The translations under genes and the position numbers were made by a program. From the NCBI GenBank assembly GCA_965219385.1, contig CBDCNM010000002.1:32639-96638 (forward strand): a stretch of 64,000 bases of DNA, given 5' to 3'. The DNA comes from Candidatus Latescibacterota bacterium. Lineage in GTDB: Bacteria > Latescibacterota > UBA2968 > UBA8231. A model generated the notes under the pieces. It ran no database searches, was not told where the DNA came from, and was given only the letters and a program-made list of their open reading frames with translations. Below, in pieces: positions 59,014-64,000 of this stretch. The number at the start of each line of letters is the position of its first letter. The stretch's first letter is position 1.

Positions 59014-59809
59014 GACTACTACCTCCTAAATTGTAGGATGGTTACAGCAAATCTCCTGCTTGAAATAAGCAAGAGAAGCCGGTTTTAAAACATCTCAACT
59101 CCCTCTCCCCATCTGTATGAGCATAGGCAACCTCCTTTCTATCTGAACAATTAATATATAGCCTTTATCTATCAAATGTCAAGTATTTGTTTCAGCCTAC
59201 ATTCCGCACTTCCTACCCAGCCGATTTGGGATTTTTCCATTTGCGTAATGTGTTGATTTTTGTCAGGTTATGTTATTCGTTCGGACCGGTCCGCCATGAA
59301 TACCGACATGTCGATATCAAGAGAGGGAGCCTTAGGTAATTGTTAAAACACTGGAAAATGGGCAAAATCGGCCAATAGAGGCCATTCTGACCGACTGATT
59401 TTCTAAAACTGTATCACATAAGCCAATTTTCAATTTTCTTTCTTATTCCATATATAACAATGACTTAAGCGCTTTTTTATTAAGATCTACTCGACGGCGC
59501 ACTTGGTACCCTTTAAAATCTGTAACAATCACCTAATGCACCCTATCAAGACGTTGAATCAGTTCGACGGACTCGCGGTGATTTCAACTCGGCGCAATCG
59601 CCAACAGCCGCACCGGACCCGTTGCCGAAGGACGGTTCCAAGTAATATGCGGCGTTTCGTAATCGGTGCTGATCTCAAACGAGTCCGTGGGGCGTTTGAT
59701 GAACGCATCCCTCTCCGGCCAGTCCGCGGCGTTTGCCGACGTCACGTTCATGATCATCAGTATCCAAAAGAGTAGGATGACCGTTGTTAACAATTCATTT
59801 CATCCCTTG

Positions 59810-60345
59810 GGTCTGATACCCCGTAGCTTGCTACGCTCCCGTGTGAGGCACTATACTCCTCCTCATGAGCGCGCATATTTTCAAGAGCCACAAGGTCTCA
59901 CTTTTGGTCTACCCCCTCGTTTGCCCGGCCCAATACCGGAGGGTCGTGTTCAACCCAGAGGTGGATGCGGTATTGCAGAATATTTGTGTAGAGCTTTCGG
60001 ATCGCTATGAGATCCGATTTTTGGAGATTGGTACCGATAAAGATCATGTCCATTTCCTCGTCCAGTCGGTGCCCACCTATAGTCCGAAGAAAATCGTCCA
60101 GGTGATCAAAAGTTTGACGACTCGGGAAGTCTTCAAGCGGCTCCCTGCTATCAAACAACAGCTATGGGGCGGTCCGTTTTGGTCGGACGGCTATTACATA
60201 GCTACCGTAGGCCAGCATGTCCGTGAAGATGTGGTCCGCCAATATGTTAAAAAACAAGGCACTCAGGCCGATTACAAGCAGTTACATCAGGAGCAACTGT
60301 CGCTATTCTAACTCCTGATACCCCGCAGCTTGCTGCGGGAAGGCT
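59810..60345 (+). mobile_element. IS200/IS605-family element (tnpA only) with subterminal hairpins
   Basis: Hairpins CGTAGCTTGCTACG (59822-59835) and CCCGCAGCTTGCTGCGGG (60322-60339). Both are preceded by GATACCCCG. Confidence 0.75.
59865..60311 (+). CDS. tnpA: IS200/IS605-family Y1 HUH transposase TnpA
   Basis: 148 aa. HUH motif HVHFLV. Downstream catalytic Tyr region (…SDGYYIATVG…). Confidence 0.9.
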   Translation: MSAHIFKSHKVSLLVYPLVCPAQYRRVVFNPEVDAVLQNICVELSDRYEIRFLEIGTDKDHVHFLVQSVPTYSPKKIVQVIKSLTTREVFKRLPAIKQQLWGGPFWSDGYYIATVGQHVREDVVRQYVKKQGTQADYKQLHQEQLSLF

Positions 60346-60424
60346 TCATTTCCCGGCAGCTTTTTTTCACCGTAGCCGTCGTGTGATTGTCTAAGAGGTC
60401 GTCTGAAAACCATGTTTATTCTAA

Positions 60425-61329
60425 GAGTCTCTAACAAAACCTTGGAATCGCGTATAGGCTTCATTATATTCTTATCCTCTTCGGTATTGCTTCTACCGTC
60501 TTGATATGGAGGTGTTTTTGATGGCCAAGCCGTTACTCGACGATGGGTTATGGGCCTTGATTGAACCGGTTTTGCCCCCCGTAACCGTTGGCCCCCAAGG
60601 GGGGCGGCCTCGGCTGGATAACCGTAGGGTGCTGACCGGCATTCTCTTTGTGCTCAAGACGGGTATCCCTTGGGAGTATTTGCCTCAAGAGATGGGGTGC
60701 GGTTCGGGGATGACCTGTTGGCGTCGCCTGCACGCTTGGCAACAAGCCGGGGTCTGGAAAAGAGTCCATCATATCCTGTTGAACCGACTGAGGGCCGCCG
60801 ACCGGATTGATTGGTCTCGTGCGGTGGTCGATAGTGCCTCGGTGCGGGCGGTTGGGGGGGGGCGCACACCGGTCCCAATCCGACGGACCGCGGCAAACCC
60901 GGTAGCAAACACCATGTAATCACCGATGCCCAAGGGGTGCCGTTGGCGGCGGGGGTGACGGGGGCCCATCGGCATGATGTGACGCAGCTGTTGCCGTTGG
61001 TGGATCGCATACCCCCGGTGGCCGGTCGGGTCGGCCGCCCGCGCCGTCGGCCGGATCGGGTGCAAGGGGATCGGGCCTATGATTCGCAAGCCCATCGGCG
61101 CGCCTTGCGTAAGCGGGGCATCGGCTCGGTGTTGGCTCGGCGAGGGCAAGCCCACGGCAGCGGCTTGGGCGTCTATCGGTGGGTGGTGGAACGAACGTTG
61201 GCATGGTTGCACCAATTCCGTCGGCTTCGAGTCCGCTGGGAGCGACGAGGTGATCTCCATGAAGCCTTTCTCGACATCGGATGTATTCTCATCTGTTGGA
61301 AGTACCTCAAAGAGTTTTGTTAGGGCCTC
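60425..61329 (+). mobile_element. IS5-B element copy B (905 bp), transposase split at a G9 tract (60854-60862)
   Basis: Ends GAGTCTCTAACAAAAC (60425-) and GTTTTGTTAGGGCCTC (-61329). Flanked by TAA (60422-60424) and TCA (61330-61332). Confidence 0.85.
60506..61323 (+). CDS. IS5-B transposase, orfA (60506-60919) + orfB (60937-61323)
   Basis: Identical to copy A products. Confidence 0.8.
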
Positions 61330-61330
61330 T

Positions 61331-62783
61331 CAGCTCGATTTTATCCAAACGCGCATGGCAGGAGGCCGGTATCCTCCGTACTGTTGATGGTATCCAAGCA
61401 TCGACAGCCCAGGAGAAACCGATGAGCCCCCTGCCGAAAGATATAATAACGATTTTGTCGCCCTTTGCCCCCCTTTTTTCGAGCCGCGTTTGGCCGCAGG
61501 CTCAGACGCTGTTGGTCGGGGCGCTGTTAGCCCCGGGTAAACGCACGGTCAGCGCCGTGTTGGAGGTGTTGGGCTTGAGCCAACAGCCTACCTTTCAAAC
61601 CTACCACCGGATCCTCAACCGCTGTGTGTGGTCGCCCCTGGCCGGCAGTAAGCTACTCCTCCAGGCGTTGGTGGCCGCCTTTGCCCCCCACGGGCCCCTG
61701 GTCCTGGGCCTGGATGAGACCATCGAGCGGCGCCGGGGCGCCCAGATTGGGGCCCGAGGCATCTACCGGGATCCCGTCCGCTCGAGTGGGCCCCACCTGG
61801 TCAAGGCTAGCGGCTTGCGCTGGCTGTCGTTGATGCTGGTAGCGCCTATCCCTTGGGCGGATCGAAGTTGGGCCTTACCCTTTATGAGTGTGCTGTGTCC
61901 GTCGGCCCGCTACTATACTCAGCGCCAGCGCACCCCCCTCACCCTGTTGCAACGGGGGCAGACTATGCTCAAGCTGGTAGCGCGCTGGCTGCCCACCCGC
62001 CGGCTGGTCGTGGTCGCCGATAGCACCTTCTCCGCCTTGGCCTTTCTCGACGCGGTTCGGCCCCACGTGGGGCTGATTACCCGCTTGCGGTTGGATGCGG
62101 CCCTGTATGACCCACCACCAACCCGCACGCCGCACACGCGGGGACGCCCCCGCGGCAAAGGCGCCCGGCAGCCCACCCTCCAGCAGCACCTGGACGATCC
62201 GACTACCCCTTGGCACCCCCTCACCCTGGACCGGTGGTATGCCGCCGGCCCCTATACAGTGGAAACCTACAGCCAAACGGCGCTGTGGTATCACACTGGC
62301 TTGCCCGCCGTGCCCCTCCGCTGGCTGCTGATCCGAGACCCGGCCGGCCGCTTCGCGCCCCAAGCCTTGCTCTCGACCGATGTGCGTCTGTCCCCTCGGC
62401 AAATGCTGACCTATTTTCTCCAACGCTGGTCGGTAGAAACTACCTTTGAGGAAGCCCGCGCCCATCTGGGCATGGAAACCCAACGCCAATGGAATGAGCG
62501 GGCCATTGCCCGGACCACGCCGGTCATCTTGGCCTTGTTTAGTCTGGTCGCCCTCATCGCCAATCGGCTGGCCCCCAAAAGCGCCTCCCCCTGCCATGCC
62601 ACGGCCTGGTATGGCAAACGAAAACCCACCTTTTCCGATGCCGTGGCCTGGGTCCGACAACGGCTCTGGCAGGCTTTTTCCAACCTGCCCAACCAACACG
62701 ACCTGATAAAAATCCCTCGAAGCCTACTCAACCGCTTGATACACACCGTCTCGTACGCTACATAAATGGATAAAGTCGAGCTT
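61331..62783 (+). mobile_element. IS701-like element sandwiched between inverted IS5-B copies B and C
   Basis: Imperfect terminal IRs CAGCTCGATTTTATCCAAAC (61331-) and, as reverse complement of the right end, AAGCTCGACTTTATCCATTT (-62783). They directly abut the IS5-B termini. Confidence 0.7.
61422..62765 (+). CDS. IS701-family-like DDE transposase (447 aa from MSPLPKD…)
   Basis: N-terminal …FAPLFSSRVWPQAQTLLVGALLAPGKRTVSAVLEVLGL… and …LVLGLDETIERRRG…VVADSTFSA… motifs. The annotated ORF start 61281 lies inside IS5-B copy B, so the internal Met is preferred. Confidence 0.75.
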   Translation: MSPLPKDIITILSPFAPLFSSRVWPQAQTLLVGALLAPGKRTVSAVLEVLGLSQQPTFQTYHRILNRCVWSPLAGSKLLLQALVAAFAPHGPLVLGLDETIERRRGAQIGARGIYRDPVRSSGPHLVKASGLRWLSLMLVAPIPWADRSWALPFMSVLCPSARYYTQRQRTPLTLLQRGQTMLKLVARWLPTRRLVVVADSTFSALAFLDAVRPHVGLITRLRLDAALYDPPPTRTPHTRGRPRGKGARQPTLQQHLDDPTTPWHPLTLDRWYAAGPYTVETYSQTALWYHTGLPAVPLRWLLIRDPAGRFAPQALLSTDVRLSPRQMLTYFLQRWSVETTFEEARAHLGMETQRQWNERAIARTTPVILALFSLVALIANRLAPKSASPCHATAWYGKRKPTFSDAVAWVRQRLWQAFSNLPNQHDLIKIPRSLLNRLIHTVSYAT

Positions 62784-62784
62784 A

Positions 62785-63690
62785 GAGGCCCTAACAAAAC
62801 TCTTTGAGGTACTTCCAACAGATGAGAATACATCCGATGTCGAGAAAGGCTTCATGGAGATCACCTCGTCGCTCCCAGCGGACTCGAAGCCGACGGAATT
62901 GGTGCAACCATGCCAACGTTCGTTCCACCACCCACCGATAGACGCCCAAGCCGCTGCCGTGGGCTTGCCCTCGCCGAGCCAACACCGAGCCGATGCCCCG
63001 CTTACGCAAGGCGCGCCGATGGGCTTGCGAATCATAGGCCCGATCCCCTTGCACCCGATCCGGCCGACGACGCGGGCGGCCGACCCGACCGGCCACCGGG
63101 GGTATGCGATCCACCAACGGCAACAGCTGCGTCACATCATGCCGATGGGCCCCCGTCACCCCCGCCGCCAACGGCACCCCTTGGGCATCGGTGATTACAT
63201 GGTGTTTGCTACCGGGTTTGCCGCGGTCCGTCGGATTGGGACCGGTGTGCGCCCCCCCCCCAACCGCCCGCACCGAGGCACTATCGACCACCGCACGAGA
63301 CCAATCAATCCGGTCGGCGGCCCTCAGTCGGTTCAACAGGATATGATGGACTCTTTTCCAGACCCCGGCTTGTTGCCAAGCGTGCAGGCGACGCCAACAG
63401 GTCATCCCCGAACCGCACCCCATCTCTTGAGGCAAATACTCCCAAGGGATACCCGTCTTGAGCACAAAGAGAATGCCGGTCAGCACCCTACGGTTATCCA
63501 GCCGAGGCCGCCCCCCTTGGGGGCCAACGGTTACGGGGGGCAAAACCGGTTCAATCAAGGCCCATAACCCATCGTCGAGTAACGGCTTGGCCATCAAAAA
63601 CACCTCCATATCAAGACGGTAGAAGCAATACCGAAGAGGATAAGAATATAATGAAGCCTATACGCGATTCCAAGGTTTTGTTAGAGACTC
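62785..63690 (-). mobile_element. IS5-B element copy C (906 bp), TTA target duplication, transposase fused (C10/G10 tract 63252-63261)
   Basis: Ends GAGGCCCTAACAAAAC (62785-) and GTTTTGTTAGAGACTC (-63690). TTA at 62782-62784 and 63691-63693. Confidence 0.85.
62791..63609 (-). CDS. IS5-B transposase, single 272-aa ORF (orfA-orfB fusion)
   Basis: …VRAVGGGAHTGPNPTDRGKPGSKHHVITDAQGVPLAAG… bridges the two halves. IS427-group C-terminus …YRWVVERTLAWLHQFRRLRVRWERR…. Confidence 0.85.
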   Translation of the reverse strand: MEVFLMAKPLLDDGLWALIEPVLPPVTVGPQGGRPRLDNRRVLTGILFVLKTGIPWEYLPQEMGCGSGMTCWRRLHAWQQAGVWKRVHHILLNRLRAADRIDWSRAVVDSASVRAVGGGAHTGPNPTDRGKPGSKHHVITDAQGVPLAAGVTGAHRHDVTQLLPLVDRIPPVAGRVGRPRRRPDRVQGDRAYDSQAHRRALRKRGIGSVLARRGQAHGSGLGVYRWVVERTLAWLHQFRRLRVRWERRGDLHEAFLDIGCILICWKYLKEFC

Positions 63691-63794
63691 TTAGAAGTGT
63701 TTCCTCTTTCGAGTAGATTCTGTGATATATTCAAGCACACACACGGAGTCTTTATTGGCCCACTTTGCAGATGCTCTTTGAGACTTACCTATTC

Positions 63795-64000
63795 TTACAA
63801 ACCGGCGTACATTGTCATAAAGACGAAGTGGTCGGTTTGGGATTTTCTGTCTTCTTGGAATGTTTCAGAGGATACCCTATCGAGCCTAAGACCGAGTTGG
63901 GTGATCAGCCGGTAACCTACGTAGTCCCCTACATTGGACAACTGCACCGCAAAGATAGTGTTGAAGGAATCCCCCGTGAAGTCCCCCTCGTCAAAGTTCC
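63795..64000 (-). CDS. 3' end of an unidentified gene (…NFDEGDFTGDSFNTIFAVQLSNVGDYVGYRLITQLGLRLDRVSSETFQEDRKSQTDHFVFMTMYAGL*), 5' part beyond window
   Basis: Open frame from window edge to TAA (63795-63797). Lower-GC DNA like the island. Confidence 0.3.
   Translation of the reverse strand, partial: NFDEGDFTGDSFNTIFAVQLSNVGDYVGYRLITQLGLRLDRVSSETFQEDRKSQTDHFVFMTMYAGL

Noticed and set aside
59584-59793. 69-aa ORF with a signal-peptide-like N-terminus in the AT-rich spacer before the IS200-like element
   Set aside because: It is too short, stops after ~40 mature residues, and has no SD. Probably a remnant of a disrupted secreted-protein gene.
61281-61421. N-terminal extension MYSHLLEVPQRVLLGP… of the IS701-like transposase, also seen at 62411-62833
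   Set aside because: The extension begins inside the terminus of the neighbouring IS5-B copy and is duplicated on the other side in inverted orientation. It is read-through from the IS5-B end, not part of the transposase. The start was moved to Met at 61422.

Overview
High-GC (~60-65%) bacterial chromosomal segment, probably from a diderm organism of FCB-superphylum type (guess). Evidence for that guess: Omp85-type barrels ending in aromatic residues, and FlgD-Ig/T9SS-like C-terminal sorting domains on large secreted proteins. The first ~39 kb is core genome: xseA(partial)-xseB; a giant protease/TolB-propeller/Omp85-barrel outer-membrane protein; a WecA-like transferase; a NupC nucleoside transporter; a LolA-like/FtsX/FtsX/ABC-ATPase/OM-barrel export operon; a sugar-acid catabolic cluster (BNR glycosidase, two TIM-barrel isomerases, ManD-like dehydratase, Eda, Fe-ADH, PhyH dioxygenase, CN-hydrolase); ahcY; flotillin-NfeD; glycerate dehydrogenase; and soxB-soxD-soxA without soxG. 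Directly after soxA (~38.9 kb) composition drops to ~40-50% GC and stays low to the window end. This island carries an all-minus-strand operon of secreted/surface proteins (TPR, CRTAC1/FG-GAP, two tandem paralogous discoidin-like proteins with T9SS-type C-terminal domains, CBM9-like protein, glycosidase-like proteins). The island is heavily colonised by high-GC insertion sequences. Two different IS5-family elements are present in 3 copies each: one ~0.93 kb, and one 905 bp with a poly-G orfA/orfB switch. There are also IS4-family, IS701-like, IS903-like, ISAs1-like and IS200-like elements, several nested in each other or decayed. A second IS graveyard (IS5-family, IS1380-like, IS4-like) lies at 6.7-10.5 kb. 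Other notable structure: an 11-copy perfect 25-bp tandem array in the divergent promoter region at 4316-4590, and a perfect 29-bp-arm palindrome at 57712-57783. No rRNA, tRNA or CRISPR array was found. Many long antisense ORFs in the six-frame track are high-GC shadow ORFs and are not called.
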